Source of the DNA: Stegostoma tigrinum
Taxonomy: Eukaryota
Assembly: GCF_030684315.1 (NCBI RefSeq)
Contig: NC_081356.1
Coordinates: forward strand, 33,071,197-33,135,196
Reading direction: 5' to 3'
DNA length: 64,000 bases
Shown here: positions 37,428-51,488 of the stretch, one piece after another
How the letters are laid out: the number at the start of each line of letters is the position of its first letter
Position numbering within the stretch: the stretch's first letter is position 1
Translations under genes and position numbers: made by a program
Notes under the pieces: generated by a model
What the model was told of the DNA's origin: nothing
Seen by the model: only the letters and a program-made list of their open reading frames with translations
The model's database searches: none

Positions 37428-38227
37428 ATTATATCATAGGTGAGTTTGGCTTAATTATACAATCGAAATAACACAATTAGTACACTTACAACATGGATGC
37501 AGACCATTCATCCCAACCAGATGATGTCTGTTTTTACTGTCAGACCACATGAGAAAATTGCTGTAATGACATTAGCCAGCTGTTTCCGTGTTCTTTCATG
37601 CATTTAGCTGGAGTTCCAATATAGTTCCTGCTTATGCCACTAACCCAGGCAAAAAAAAATTCACAACCTCAAATTTTTGTGACGAGTCACTTCTGCTCCT
37701 CTCTCCAACTCTTGCAGCTATCACATCTTGTCCTAGCCTTCTTAATTGTTGGACATGCTTCTGTCTGGCTCATCCCTGTGCCTATTTTCAATACTTAGCA
37801 AGCTGTTCCCTAATCTCCATGATACAGCGAAAAAAACCCCACAATTTCCGAGGACTGTCTTTACTAGTTAATTGCTTATTAAGTATTGCCTGCAGTATCA
37901 GTTGAAGCAGAGCCTAAACAGTCGTTAAATTTGATTTCTGGTTGGCAGAGAACACCCATTCCTGTGGTAAGAACACTTCTGAATTTTAAAAAGCGGAGAA
38001 AAAGCTGATTAAAATAAACTCTGGGGTTGGGAGAGATGCCCCAAAAACAAAAATCAAAGTTCCCACCTCTGTAATCACTTCCAATTGACAATCTACTGGA
38101 GCTTTCTGTGCTCTATCTTCACCCCAACAATAGCAGTTAGGCCTTAGGCTGCAGAGGCTGTTAGCTGCGATGTTTCTTCTGTAAACCATTGTACCTGTCT
38201 TTTCAGGTACACAACACCTAATTTGGA

Positions 38228-38373
38228 ATAAAATCAGAAATTACTGGAAAAATTTAGCAGGTCTGGCAGCACACATGGAAAGAAAGCAGAGTTAATGTTT
38301 TAAATCCAATGACTCTTTGGAACTGAGCAATATCTATTTTTGTTTCAGATTTCCAGCACTCTCAGTTTTTTTT
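38228..38373. mobile_element. Older inverted Penelope-type derivative (second family)
   Basis: Minus arm (AGCAGGTCTGGCAGCA) followed by a plus-strand tail (TTTCAGATTTCCAGCACTCTCAGTTTT). Confidence 0.6.
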
Positions 38374-38417
38374 ACCTTACTTTGGTTCAACTTGTTGTCA
38401 CCTGCTCTAATATCACA

Positions 38418-38623
38418 TTGGCTCAGTTGGCTGGAGTGTTGGCTTATGAAACAGTGTGATGCCAACAGATTGGGTTCATTCCCTGTACTGGCTGGGGATA
38501 CCATGAAGGACTCTCCTCCTCAACCCTTCCCCTCTCCTGAGATATGATGGCCCTCAGATTAAACCACAACCATTTGTCTCCCTCAGAGAGCAACCCCATG
38601 GTCTGGTAGGACAATGGTGACTT
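38418..38623 (+). mobile_element. tRNA-derived SINE
   Basis: TGGCTCAGTTGG A box and GGGTTCATTCCC B box. Four reverse copies elsewhere in the window (1380, 15290, 24105, 50925). Confidence 0.75.
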
Positions 38624-39544
38624 GACACCTCATTATGTGGTACAGAGTCCATTTTGTTTTTCCTCATAACACTCTAGTTTAGCACTTTTGGTCACTTTGC
38701 TACGTTAAAAGCGCTATATAAATGGAAGATATTTTTATTGTCAGTGATTCCACCGCACCAATGTTGAAGAATTGCCAACAAAAGATAAAGCAGGAGAATA
38801 CACCTAAAATTTGCTGGGTTAGATGAAGATAAATTGGATGAAAGGGGAGAAATGAAGTCAGGAGATGACCTAATGATTAGAAGGGTCATTGCTTTAAGTG
38901 TCTGTGAATTGCTGAATCAGTGTTTGTGTTTACATCAAACACTGTACTGAACTGCCACAGTAACTTAGAAAAGCTGAAGTTTTGTTTAAAAAAATGGAGT
39001 AGATGTGATGTGGACTAATCATCTGCTGAACTGGAGATTGCTGTAGAATTGTGCTGTGTAAATATCACACTGCTTATTCGATGACATAGAAGTGATCAAC
39101 AGCAAGTGCAAGTGGAGGCCAACGTTCATTAAGAAGAAACGATAAGCCCCTTTCCAGGGAGGCATGAGCAAGTCCTACTCAGTTAATTGATTGGACTGGC
39201 CATGGTAGATGACTCATTTGTGATGTTTAACTACTGATCAAAATTGATCATTTGCTGGACAATGTACAGCTGTGAATGTACAGTTTCTTTGCAAGGAAAA
39301 TGTGTAATCACTTTTGCCTCACAACACAATTAGCTAGCTTGGGGAAAAAGTCATCAGGTCAATGGCTGGTAGTTGAGACAGAGCAGGCTGATCACTTGTA
39401 CTTGGCTGATCTTTCAACAAATCCACATCGAAAAGGGCTCACTTGTCATTGTAAGTAATGGGTAGGATTTTTATTTAAGATTTTATCATTTTTTGTCAAA
39501 TGTTACATTAATAAAGTTCTATTGTTGGAACTAACTTAGGTTAC

Positions 39545-40919
39545 TGGTATCAGGAGGACAAAAAGGAGACATGAGATAGCTTTGGCAGATAAGTTTAAAG
39601 ATAATCCAAAGAGATTCAACAAGTATATTAAGAGCAAAAGAGCAATTAGGGAGACAATAGGGACCTTTAAACATCACCAAAGTCATCTATAGCATGCAAC
39701 CTCAGGAGATGGAGCGAAACTAAAACAAATATTTTATGTCAGTTTTTACCGTGAGAACATGGATGCTAGGGAACTTGGAATATTGATGTTTCGAAAACAG
39801 TCCATGTTACAGAAAAGGTGGCACTGGCGGTCTCAGAAAACATAAAGCTGGATAAATCTCTGGGACCTGATCAAGTGTATCCTAGGATGTTGTGGGAAGC
39901 TAGGGAAGAATTTGCAGGGCCCCGAGCAGAGATATTTGTATCATTTACAGTCAAGGGTGAGGTGCTGGAGGGTAGTTAATGTTGTGCCATTGTTTAAGAA
40001 AGGCTGTAAAGAGAAGCCTGGGAACTATAGACCAGTGATTCTGACATCAGTAGTGGGTGTTGTTGGAGGGGATTCCGAGAGAAAGGATTTACATGCATTA
40101 GGGATAGTCAGCATGGCTTTGTGCAAGGGAAACAGTATCTCAAACTTGATTGAGCTTTTTGAAGATGTGACCATGGCAGATGAGGACAGAGCAGTAGATG
40201 TCTGCATGGACTTTTGTACAACCTTTGACAAAGTTCACATGGTAGATTGATTGGTAAAATTAAATCTCGTGGCATTTAGGAAGACCTTGCCATTTGAATA
40301 TAAAATTGGCTTGACGGTAAGAGACAGAGAGTGGTAGTGGGCGTGTTGTTTTTTGGACAAGAGGCTTTTGACTAGAGGTTCCACAGAGATTGGTGCTGTC
40401 TCCACTGTTGTTAGTCTTTTATATAAGCAATATGGATGAGAATGTAGGAGGCATGGTTAGTAAGTTTGCAGATGACACCAAAATTGGCAGTATAATCAAC
40501 AGTGAAGAACGTTATCTAAGATTACAAAAGGCATCTTGATTAATTGGACCATCAAAGAAGGCAGATAGAGTTCAATTTGGATATATGTGAGGAATTGCAT
40601 TTTGGAATATGAGCAAGGGCAGGACTTATGCAATGAACAGTAAGGACCTGAGTGATGCTGTCGAACAGAGAGATCTAGAGGTTCAGGTACATATTTATTT
40701 GCAAGTTGTGTCACAGGTAGACAAGGTGGTTAAAGCAGTGTTTAACACGTTTGCCTTCACTGCCCAGTCCATTGAGTATAGGAATTGTGACATCATGTTG
40801 GAATATATACAGAATGTTGGTGAAGCCTCTTCTGGAGTACTGTGTCCAGTTCTGGTCGCCCTGCTACAGGAAGGATATTATTAAATTGGAGAGGATTCAG
40901 AAATGATTTACCAGAATAT
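39545..40919 (+). mobile_element. Older CR1 LINE ORF2 (decayed), interrupted by a younger CR1
   Basis: WRVVNVVPLFKKGCKEKPGNYRPVILTSVVG, DFCTTFDKVH, KFADDTK; many frameshifts. Confidence 0.9.
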
Positions 40920-42084
40920 TGGTGAACAAAATTAGGGCACAGTGGTGAACAAAATTAGGGCACACGGTATTGGGGACAAAATACTGAGTTGGATTGAAAA
41001 TTGGCTGGCTGACAGGAAGCAAAGAGTAGTGATAAACGGGTCCCTTTCGGAATGGCAGGCAGTGACCAGTGGGGTACCACAAGGTTCGGTACTGGGACTG
41101 CAGCTGTTTACGATATACATTAATGATATAGACGAAGGCATTAAAAGTAATATTAGTAAATTTGCTGTTGACACAAAGCTGGGTGGCAGTGTGAAATGTG
41201 AGGAGGATGTTATGAGAATACAGTGTGACTTGGACAGGCTAGATGAGTGGACGGATGCATGGCAGATGCAGTTTAATGTGGATAAATGTGTGGTTATCCA
41301 CTTTGGTGGCAAGAACAGGAAGGCAGATTACTATCTCAATGGAGTCAAGTTAGGTAAAGGGGAAGTACAACGAGATCTAGGTGTTCTCGTATATCAGTCA
41401 ATGAAAGCAAGCATGCAGGTACAGCAGGCAGTGAAGAAAGCTAATAGCATGCTGGCCTTCACAACAAGAGGAATTGAGTATAGGAGTAAAGAGGTCCTTC
41501 TGCAGCTGTACAGGGCCCTGGTGAGACCACACCTGGAGTATTGTGTGCAGTTTTGGTCTCCAAATTTGAGGAAGGATATTCTTGCTATTGAGGGAGTGCA
41601 GCGTAGGTTCACAAGGTCAATTCCCAGAATGGCAGGACTATCATATGTTGAAAGATTGGAGTGACTGGGCTTGTATACACTTGAGTTTAGAAGGATGAGA
41701 GGGGATCTGATTGAGACATATAAGATTATTAAGGGATTGGACACTCTGGAGGCAGGAAGCATGTTTCTACTGATGGGTGAGTCCAGAACCCGAGGACACA
41801 GTTTAAAAATAAGGGGTAGGCCATTTAGAACAGAATTGAGGAAAAACGTCTTCACCCAGAGAGTGGTGGATATATGGAATGCTCTGCCCCAGAAGGCAGT
41901 GGAGGCCAACTCTCTGGATACTTTCAAGAAAGAGATAGATAGAGCTGTTAAAGATAGTGGAATCAAGGGTTATGGGGATAAGGCAGGAACAGGATACTGA
42001 TTGTGGATGATCAGCCTTGATCATAATGAATGGTGGTGCTGGCTCGAAGGGCTGAATGGCCCACTCCAGCCCCTATTGTCTATC
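40920..42084 (+). mobile_element. Young 5'-truncated CR1 LINE nested in the older CR1
   Basis: ORFs 40942-41664 and 41671-42000 share one frame, split by a single TGA. Motifs VTSGVPQGSVLG, KFAVDTKL, LVRPHLEYCVQFWSP; 3'UTR GGCTCGAAGGGCTGAATGGCC. Confidence 0.95.
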
Positions 42085-42351
42085 CATGAGACTAGAGAGT
42101 CTGAGTTATAAGGAGAGGCTGGATTGGCTGGGACTTTTTCACTGGACCGTAAGGGGTTGAGGTAGGTAGAATGAACTGGTACATGCAGGTAGAGTGAAAT
42201 GTAATAGACATTTGGACAGGTACATGAATAGTAAAAGTTGAGAGGGATATGGGCCAAACACAGGCAAGTTGGACTAGTTTAGTTTCGGAAACCTGGTCGT
42301 CATGGACGAGTTGCGCCAAAGGGTTTGTTTCTGTGCTGCATGACTCTATAA
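42085..42351 (+). mobile_element. Resumed 3' part of the older CR1
   Basis: GAGAGTCTGAGTTATAAGGAGAGGCTGGA continues the sequence broken at 40919 and ends TGTTTCTGTGCTGCATGACTCTATA. Confidence 0.8.
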
Positions 42352-42499
42352 TACCGAGTGTAAGCCTGGTGGACTAGGGCAAATGGGAATAAAAGCCTAT
42401 ATGTTGGGCTGAATTTTACTAAAAACATTGGCTAAGTGTCAATTTTGGCAAATTTAATGGATAGGTTATTTTTGTGTCCTAGTAAAACTTCTCCCAGTA

Positions 42500-43855
42500 T
42501 GGGGCTTCTGCTATAGCGCATGTTCCAGCATTGTGAATTGGCTATAATGTGACTGACAAATAGGGGATTGTCTTTTCTAAAATACAAACTTATGTTAGCT
42601 ATAAACATGATTCCATCAGTGACCTTATTGATGATGATGTTTTGGAAAATGTTTTGGGAAAATATTGCAGGAAAAAAAATGGATTTCTAGATTGTCCTCA
42701 TCCTGGATAATGTGCCAAGCCATCCTGCCCCACTGGCGAGCTGAGCTTTCTGAAAACAAAGTGCTATCTCTACGCCCAAACACAAACTCTCTCCTTCAAC
42801 CCATGGACCATAGTGCAATAATATGCTTTAAAAGCTATTATTTAAGGTGCACATTTAAGGGCTGATTGCAGCCACTGAGGGGGATAATGACAATGTTCTT
42901 CGATTTTGGAAGAGCTTTAACATCAAGAGTGCAATTAATATAATCATGAAGGCCTGCAGCGATGTCAGTAAGGACTGCTTGCATGCAGTTTGGGGGAAAT
43001 TTCTCCCAGATTTTTTAAGATTTTAAAACGTTTGATCCATCAGAGGAGCTCCCAAGAATCAGAGAACATTGTATTAATCTTGCAAAGCAAGTTGGATTTG
43101 AAGAAGTGCAGAGTGAGGATGTTGAAGAGCTGCTTGAGTCCCACTGTGAAGACCCCTCTACAGCTGGTCCACAACAACTAGTCGCTGAAGGGGAAGTGGA
43201 GGCTGGAGATGAAGAGTATCATGTCCAGGATACAGCACCATGAGAATCTTCCACTTCTGTTTTGTCTTCTATCCTGAGGGACACTGAAAAGCAGTTGCAG
43301 CTCTTAGAAGACAATGATGAACATTGCAGAATGCAGCAGGGTAGCAGTTTGTGGAATAAAATCTTAATTGACACTCTGTGAATAGTTTCTTCATGAAAGA
43401 AGAAAAAGGGCTAAGCAGCAGAAAACTGCAAGTCTTTTTTAAGCCACCCTCCAAGAAACAGTCAGAAGACAATGAACCACAGCCATCCACTTCTGGATTA
43501 ACTATGTTTCGCCCTAATGTTGCAACTACAACTGCACCTGAAGGTAATGTTGATGATGGTAATGATCCTCAGCCCCTGAATTAACAACAGAGCAACAACA
43601 AAACCTCCTCCCCCGTTAAGTCACCTTGGCATTTTTTTCAAGATAAGGTGTTAAATTTACTTTTATTTCATTATTAGATATGAATCAAACATTTATTCAA
43701 ATTGTGCTGTCCTTTGTGTTAGGCTTTGAGTGATATCTTTTGGTGATCTGCCCCAACTCCACTTTTCCCATAGGCCCTGTTATTTCTACAGTGAGATTTT
43801 CTATGATGTGATGTCATGCAGGAATGCAACTATCGCATTATGGCAGAACCCTCTG
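42500..43855 (+). mobile_element. Tigger/pogo-family DNA transposon, internally deleted and decayed
   Basis: DDE remnants (IVLILDNVPSHP; LRPNTNSLLQPMDHSAIICFKSYY). Imperfect TIRs GGGGCTTCTGCTATA / TATGGCAGAACCCTCTG with TA on both sides. Confidence 0.82.
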
Positions 43856-46044
43856 TATTCTTCAAAATTCACTCCATGACTGATGCACCATGCTCATCCC
43901 ATCTTCCCTCTCATCAGAAGAAGCAGAAATACTGCCAGGACGTCCCACAGCTCCCAGCACTGGTGCCGTTTAAAGCCCAGCCGTGCATCAGGTCAAGTGC
44001 TGCTAAGCCAATTAAAGTTGCCCTTAATCATGCATTTAGTAGTGGAAAACGAGAAAATGAAAGCTTTTAAGGGCGCATGGCTGACACTTCAATGCAAATA
44101 CAAGTGCACATTTATAAATGTTTTGCTGTTTTGGGACCAAGCAACACAGTTTACCCATACTTAGTCTCATCTTTTCTTAGAATTCCAAGTGAATATTACT
44201 GTCTTCCTCAATGTCCAGCATAATTTACAGCTTCATCATACCAACCACCATTTTGCATTATAGGTCCAACCCAAACTCAGGTTGGCTGTGACTATTGATG
44301 GTTTACTGCAGAATGAGGGCCATGTCTTCCAACATATTCTCCCTCCCACCTTGGATGTTTCCACCCTACACAATCATTGCCCCCTCTGCATTCCTGTGTG
44401 CTACCTCCAGTCCCTACCATTGACCTCCCCAACTTTCTTGGGACAGCATTGGCTGCTGATACCCCCTTTGATTGAGCTGATCCCTACATTTGATATCTCC
44501 CAAATAATCACTGACCTGGCTCTCTACTGATGTTCATGTAGCTTCTTGACCGACTTCCTATGAATCTCCAACCTGATTGCATAGGACTAACCATGACCCC
44601 TTGCCCAAACTGCAGAGCTATGAACCATCTGGCCTGCATGCCAAGTGGCCAACTGATCATTTCCAAGCCCAGAATAGATGGATGATTCCCTTTTCTTGGT
44701 GTACCATGACTCCCTGACTGAAGGCTTTTGGCCTTGGCCTTATTGACACTATTCCATAGACTGAGACAAGGTAGTTTGGCTGAAGCATGTGCAGTATTCA
44801 TCATGCAGGCTGCTGGCAGATGGTGCTGATGTGAAATTGGCGGAGCACAGTGCTGTACAGCAACATATCTACCGATTTGACTGATGACTGCCGACAACCG
44901 TGACAAGCTGCGTCTGTGCTAAAAACAGGAAACTCTGAAGTACTAGAAGACTAAGTCTTGGCTGAGGGAGTGAAGTGCAAAAAAAGGAAAAATAAGAGAT
45001 GCCTGTGCATCCAAATAGGTGCAAATTGAGTGAGATCTAAGAGAACACGTGAGAACTCCGAGACATTGCCCAATCCATCCCATGAGCAGGGTGCCTGTCC
45101 CTGTGTGCATAGTATCCTGGCAGCAGCATGATGGCGGGTGTCAATGCAGCAGTATGGGTGGGACCTACACCAGGAGCTGCAACAGTTCAAGGATGCAGCT
45201 TACCAGCTTGCAAAGGATATTAAAGGATGAGCAATAAATGTTGTGCGCAAAAATGATGTGGAGGAATAATGTACCAGAGTCATTAGTCAGAGTAACAAGA
45301 TGTAATTCATGACTTTGGTAAATTTCAGTTCAATGCTGTATTAGGCCATGGTAGGTGGGGGAGGGACCTGATTGCAGGCATTCAAGCATGGAATCATGGG
45401 GAAAATGGGCGGTTATTTGATGGGTGACAACAATTCAGGAACTTTGCCGGGAGAAAGGAGTTTTCATTAGGCAAGGATTAGGGTTAGTGTTAAGGATAGA
45501 GAGGCAATGATGCTCATATCCAGAAGTTAAATTTAAAAATCGCTGCCCAAGTGGTTGACCTTCTAAGACCCAGCCAAGTTTTTTACTTGACCTTCATGGT
45601 TTTGTTTTCATATTTCAGCATCAGACAAAAAAAACCTAACTAAATCAAAGCCATCACACAAACCCACCACTCTACTGAAATGAGCATTATTTCTTTAGAC
45701 CAGATTAAATTTACATCCATTTTGGTAGAGAAATTGGCTGGGATGCCAGAATTGTTTTAATACCTTGTATCGTGTCATCTGATATGTCATCTTTTATACT
45801 TGTGTTGGGGAAGTTTGTTGACATGATGCTAAAATCTGGGGTCAGCTGGTGAGAAACCGTACAAAGATTTAACTAAAACAGAAAGGACCGGCAAAGCTCA
45901 GCCTGCCAGAGTTAACATAGCGAGTCGAGTGGCCCTTCCTTAGAAAACCAAGATTTAGTTTGTTATCCAAGTTGTAGTTTTTTATTGCTTTCATGAGATG
46001 TAGGTGATGTTCACACAGCCAACAATTGTTGCACATCTCCAATT

Positions 46045-46145
46045 GTTCTGAGGAAGTGTCACCGGACCCGAACTGTTGACTTTGTTTTTTTCCTTCACAT
46101 GCTGCCAGACCTGCTGAGCTTTTCCAGCAACTCTGTTTTTGTTCT
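46045..46145 (+). mobile_element. Second-family Penelope-type 3' end fragment
   Basis: TTCTGAGGAAG...GACCCGAACTGTT...ATGCTGCCAGACCTGCTGAGCTTTTCCAGC. A similar piece lies at 32845-32960. Confidence 0.65.
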
Positions 46146-46869
46146 AGCTGCCCTTGGTCTGATTGGCAGATCGAGGGCAGTCCACATTGCTGGAGATGAT
46201 GGCAGATTTCCTTCCCTGAAAAAGGCAAAGAAAGGAAATCGGATAGACTTTAAATATTTTCATGGTCACCAAAATGGAGACTAGCTTTTAATTCCAGGTT
46301 TTTTTTCCTCCCGAGATTGGAATTTAAAATTCCCATTAACTATGAAGGAATTTGAAGCCACACTGCCTCTCCTTGATGGTTAGCCTGGATCATTACATTA
46401 ATACTGGCAGATGTGTGCTGGTAAAAAGTGAAGGTATCATAAGGACGCCTAAGTATAAAACCCAGCCAACCAAAACTGGACCCTGACCTCTGGCTGAGGT
46501 GGTGAATTACTTGACATCTTGAGACCTCCTACAAACACCCATAACTAACTTTCACACTGGGACTAATTACACATTCTGCCCTTGCTTCACAATGTTATTT
46601 TTGTGTTACTCGTCTATTGCCTAAAGTTCTTTAATTTATGTAGCTACAGTCTTATCCTGTTCATAATGAGGAATTTCACGTGCTTACTGGGGGTTTTACA
46701 AAAGCATTTTAGCCTGTCCCCAGCAGGTAGAAAATAAACTGTCTGATATGCACTGTTTGTTCCTATCTGCCTTAATATTTTTGACAGAACAAACACCATC
46801 TATTTAGTTTGCATCATATTGTTTGCACCAATAGTATTCTGGATTTTTGTTTTTTTTTTAAAACTGCAG

Positions 46870-47002
46870 ATATTCATCGGTGAGATATCAATGTATTTTA
46901 TAAAATCAACAAGAGAAAACCTCCTCAATCAAGAGAAGACCATTGTAACCGGAGAGTGTTGCTATTTGAGTCCTCTTTTTCGAAGAGTAATAAGGTTTAT
47001 AG
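46870..47002 (+). CDS. PLPPR1: PLPPR1 internal coding exon (133 nt, phase 0/1)
   Basis: CTGCAG|ATA...ATAG|GTGAGT. Encodes IFIGEISMYFIKSTRENLLNQEKTIVTGECCYLSPLFRRVIRFI(G), in frame with the previous exon. Confidence 0.96.
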
Positions 47003-50000
47003 GTGAGTCAGTATACAAAGCTACTTTGATATTTGCAAACAGCGCTCAAGGAACTTGACACCATCCAGGACAAAGCAGCTCGCTTGATCAATGACTCATT
47101 CGCAAAGATTCACTTCCTCCAGCACCTAAGCTCCGAAGTACATAACGCTTCTATCTACAAGATACACTGCAGAAGTTCAAAGATTCTTAGACTGGATTCA
47201 AAGGATTCTTCAAACCCATGACCACTTCCATCTGGAAGGACAAGGGCAGCAGATACAGATGAATATCACCACCAAGCCACTCACCACCCTGACTTGTTCC
47301 TTCACTGTTATTGGGTCACAATCCAAGAATTCTCTCTCTAGTAGCACTGTGCGTCCATGTAGAGCAAATGGACTGCAGCAGTTCCAAAAAGCAGCTCAAC
47401 ACCACCTTCTCAAAATGTCACCTGGGGATGGGGAATAAATGGCGACCCAGCCAGCAACATTCACATCCCCCAAGTGAATTTAAAAAAAACTCAGTTTTGA
47501 TCCCATCTAATGACAGAAATGATAATTGAAATCCATTTTCTATCTTATAGTAAAGGTGGTTCAGGGTAGTTTTATTTGAGTAATTCCAAATTAGTTGGAT
47601 TGGGAAAGAGAAAATTAAGGAGAAACAGTTTCCTATGGCAGATGAGTCAGTAGTGAATGGTCATAGAATTATAGTAATTGGTAAAAGAACCAGATAAGAG
47701 ATTTTGTTTTGAAAAACAAGAGTTATGATGATCTGCAAGGGAGGTGGAGATTTAAAAGTAACTTTCAAAAATAAAGAAGAAAATTAGATAAATATTTGAA
47801 GGTAGAAAATTCACTGGAATTTGGGAAGCAACTGATTGCTTTGCACTTTCAAAGAGCAATCACACAAATACAATCGGCCAAATGGCATCCACTTGTGCTG
47901 TGAGATTCTTAGATTCCAGGTATTGCTGACCAAACTCCATGATACAATTATCTGCAATTCTGCCAAAGCAGAGGTAACAAAGATGGTCATGTTGACTCCT
48001 TGAAATGATGTAAATGGGGCCAAATCAGCTCAGCTGCACTTTGTACACCTCTCCCAATTGCTACCTCTCTTTTGGTCAAAAAACTAAAAAAATCAGTGCA
48101 GAAGGAACATAGGTTCAAAAGGAAACCATTCCATCCATTTAAGCCTATTCTGCCATTCAGTAAAATTGCTGCTGATCTGTGTCTTAAGTCCATCTGGCAC
48201 CCTGTTTCCAAAACACCGAATCAACAAATCTGTAAAGCTAAGCTGTGGAGTTCAGGATAACCTTTTGTCTCAATCACTTTATGATGGAATAATTCCAGAT
48301 TCCAAGTACCCAGTTTTATGTGACATAAAATTAGAACCAGATCATTCAAAGTTATGTTATCTCTACTCCATTGTTTTCAACCCTTGTCAAAAATTATCAC
48401 CCATCAACTTCTTTCATCAACTAAAACACTTATTAGATAACCCATAAATATTTCATTCTTGACAGAATGCCAAAATGGTTGCAAAGTCCTCATAATACAG
48501 GGTAGAACACAAATCAACATTGGCCATCTGCTGTTATAAGTGTGCAGCCTGACCGGTGAAATATCAAGAGTGACGAGATGAACTGGAAATCTCAACATAG
48601 ACACACCTTCTCAAAAGCAGATCAAAAACTTGCTCAAACCCCGGTTGTGCGTTGTATTATCAGATGTTTCCTTTATGCACTTACTCCTTCTGGAAGAAAT
48701 CAATTAAACGAAAAGAAGCTGTGTCACAATTTCACAGTTAGGAGTGACAGAATGCATTTGAAGATCAAATCTGTTGATCTTTTGAAGGGAAGCTGTGTAG
48801 GTTCAGCCTGTCAAAGTCCATCTGTTCCACAGCATGTGTCTTGTAATACTCTGTACACAGCTACAAGAAAATAGTCTCATTTGTAATTAAGGAGATTATT
48901 TATTACTTTTAAAAGAAGTCTTTCCATTGCCCAGCATTTTCCAACTTTTCAGAAAGTGCTGCTGCAATGGAGCAGTGTGTAGTAACTAGACTCCCATATA
49001 CAAGACATCACGTTTGCAGCTTTTCATCCTTGACTAACTCTTGCAGCAAGGACACAATTTTAGACTGCGGCTCTGGTCCTGGTGGACTGGTTATATCTAA
49101 ATATTGCTATCAGCTATAGTTCTCAAATAAAAAAAATTCCCAGTTTGTAGTAAACATCCTGAGGCACATTATGAGAAATGTAAGCAAACACATTTGATGT
49201 TGAACAATCTAAGAAATTAGGACGACTAACCAAAAGTACAGAGTAGGTTGTTTTAAGGAGCACCTTATGGAGGTGAGCGTGATTTGGCAAAAGAAATTCC
49301 AAAATTCAGGATCAAGGCAGCAGAAAGGTCAATTGCTGATGATGGATCATTGGAAATTGGTTCTCTGAATGAGGCATGTTTTGGAGACCAGGAAGGATTG
49401 GGAGTTTGGAGGAAGTTGTAGACATCAGTAATTAACACTGTAGTCTGCGCTGAACTTTTGTAATCACCAGGATTGTCACAGTAAGACCTACTCATGCAAT
49501 GAAGTGTTTAAAAAAAAGGCACGAGGGTCCATTTTGAAGACTAAGTCAAGGCACTGTTTATGGTGATAGAAAAAGCACTCAACCCAGAGTTGGCTCTGGT
49601 AATTTTTCAGGCAACTTTAATTAAATTGCACCTGGAAAAAAGTGATGGGTCAAAATGGGGATGTCAGATGCCACTAAGTTAAGCAAAGCAATGAGACAGT
49701 GCCACTAAATACAAATATACATATATACCAGGAACTGAAAGCATATTGTCATTTGGCCCTCCAATAAGATCACGGCTGATCTGCTTAAGAAATAAAATTC
49801 ACACTCCCATTACCTTTAACTTTTTATTCATTTGCCAAACAGGAATTTCCTGTCACCTTGAAACTATCTAGTGATTCTTGTCGCCAACTACTGAGGCTGA
49901 GAATTCTAAAGGAGCAGAACACTCAAATTTCCCCTCAACTCTATCCTGAGAAAGGGAGCCTGTAAATTTTACAAACAGATTTCCTCATGAATACCAATGA

Positions 50001-50924
50001 ATATTTACTAGCAAATGCACACTTTTCTCCATTGCTTTGTTGCTTATTATAGCTTCATTAAATGCATTAGGGGAAATTGTCCAGAATTCAGACCCCTCTG
50101 TTGCCACATGACTCAAAACAGGGTTTTACTCAAGTATACAAGGGATCAGGCACTTCGGTAAACGTAATGCACAAACTTCCATAACAAACAAATGCAGAGA
50201 ATATAACAAGTACAGTGGTTATCTTAATATACCTGCCAGGAGTCGATCATTGAACTGACACTACCACCAGTTCTTTGGTGTCTCCAATTGAGCTTCTTTT
50301 GTTGTACATTTAGAATACTGACCTTACCTTCCTGCAATCTGGACCTGAAATTTTGGTTATTCACTTCATTTGAGCCAACCTATAGAAGCTTAGTGTATTC
50401 TGGCATGAGTGTCCATCAAGACCATTAATCTCAGGAGTTATATACAACTTTGATGGATCCCATAGTGATTATAATGATTTGGACTTCCTGGTTCTAGCTA
50501 ACCCATCTGATACCAGTCTCACAGTATGAAGATATTGTCAGTATTTGGTATCTAAAAGTGCTCAAGTTATAACGTTCCATATCTTCATTGTCAAGTCTAT
50601 CACATATTTAAACAATTCTTGACAATAATGACTGTCCAATACACCTGGGGAGTAGATCTCTGCAACAGCAGTTAAAAGGTGATCTTTGGCCCAAGAAGTT
50701 AATCAAATTGAGGTGTAGAAATTCTGAGGGGCATAGACAGGGTGGAAAGAAAGTAGCTGCCTCTTTAAGTTGAAGGGTCTGTGATAAGGGGTCATAATTC
50801 TGAAGTGAAAGACAGGAGATTTAAAGGGGATTTGAAGTAAAATCTTTTTAACCCAGAAGGTAGTGGGAACTTGGAACACACTAGGAGTCTAGTTGAGGTA
50901 GAAAGCTAAGTGACGGCAAATTAA

Positions 50925-51113
50925 AAATGCCGGTAGGTCACCATAGTGACAATAAGACTACTCTCAGAGAGAATGACAACTGGTGGTGGTTTAACCAGAG
51001 GGGAGAGACTGAGAAGGAGAGTTCTTCATGGTAACCTTAACCAGTGTGGGAATTAAACCCATGGTGTTGGTGTTACTGTGCGTCACAAACCAGCTATCCA
51101 GCCAACTGAGCTA
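50925..51113 (-). mobile_element. tRNA-derived SINE (38418 family)
   Basis: GAGAATGACAACTGGTGGTGGTTTAACC...CAGCCAACTGAGCTA. Confidence 0.72.
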
Positions 51114-51361
51114 AAATCAGTGCCTTAGTATATAATAGATGATGTTTTGTTTTTTCAGTGCAGGCTCTGTCTCCTCTACACCATATAACCTAATTCTATG
51201 CCTCCAATTACCACAAAAAACAGATTGTCTCCTCTGAACCTCCTGCCCGTCTCTTAAAATTATGCCCACTTGTTACTGACTCTTCAACTAAGAAAAACTG
51301 GTGCTTTCTATCCACCCTGCCCATGCCCCTTCAAATCTTATACACCTTCAATCAAGTCCAC

Positions 51362-51488
51362 TCTCAAAAGGGTCGAGGCCTGAAGCATCAGCTTTTGTGC
51401 TCCTAAGATGCTGCTTGGCCTGCTGTGCTCATCTAGCCCCCGACTTTGTTATCTTGGATTCTCCAGCATCTGCAGTTCCCATTATCTC
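51362..51488 (+). mobile_element. Short Penelope 3' end with tail
   Basis: AAGGGTCGAGGCCTGAAGCATCAGC...CTCCAGCATCTGCAGTTCCCATTATCTC. Confidence 0.85.

Noticed and set aside
41662-41664. In-frame TGA in CR1 ORF2 as selenocysteine or programmed readthrough
   Set aside because: The position corresponds to Arg (ERLxRLGL), so CpG decay CGA to TGA is simpler. The copy is truncated and its RT catalytic motif is mutated.
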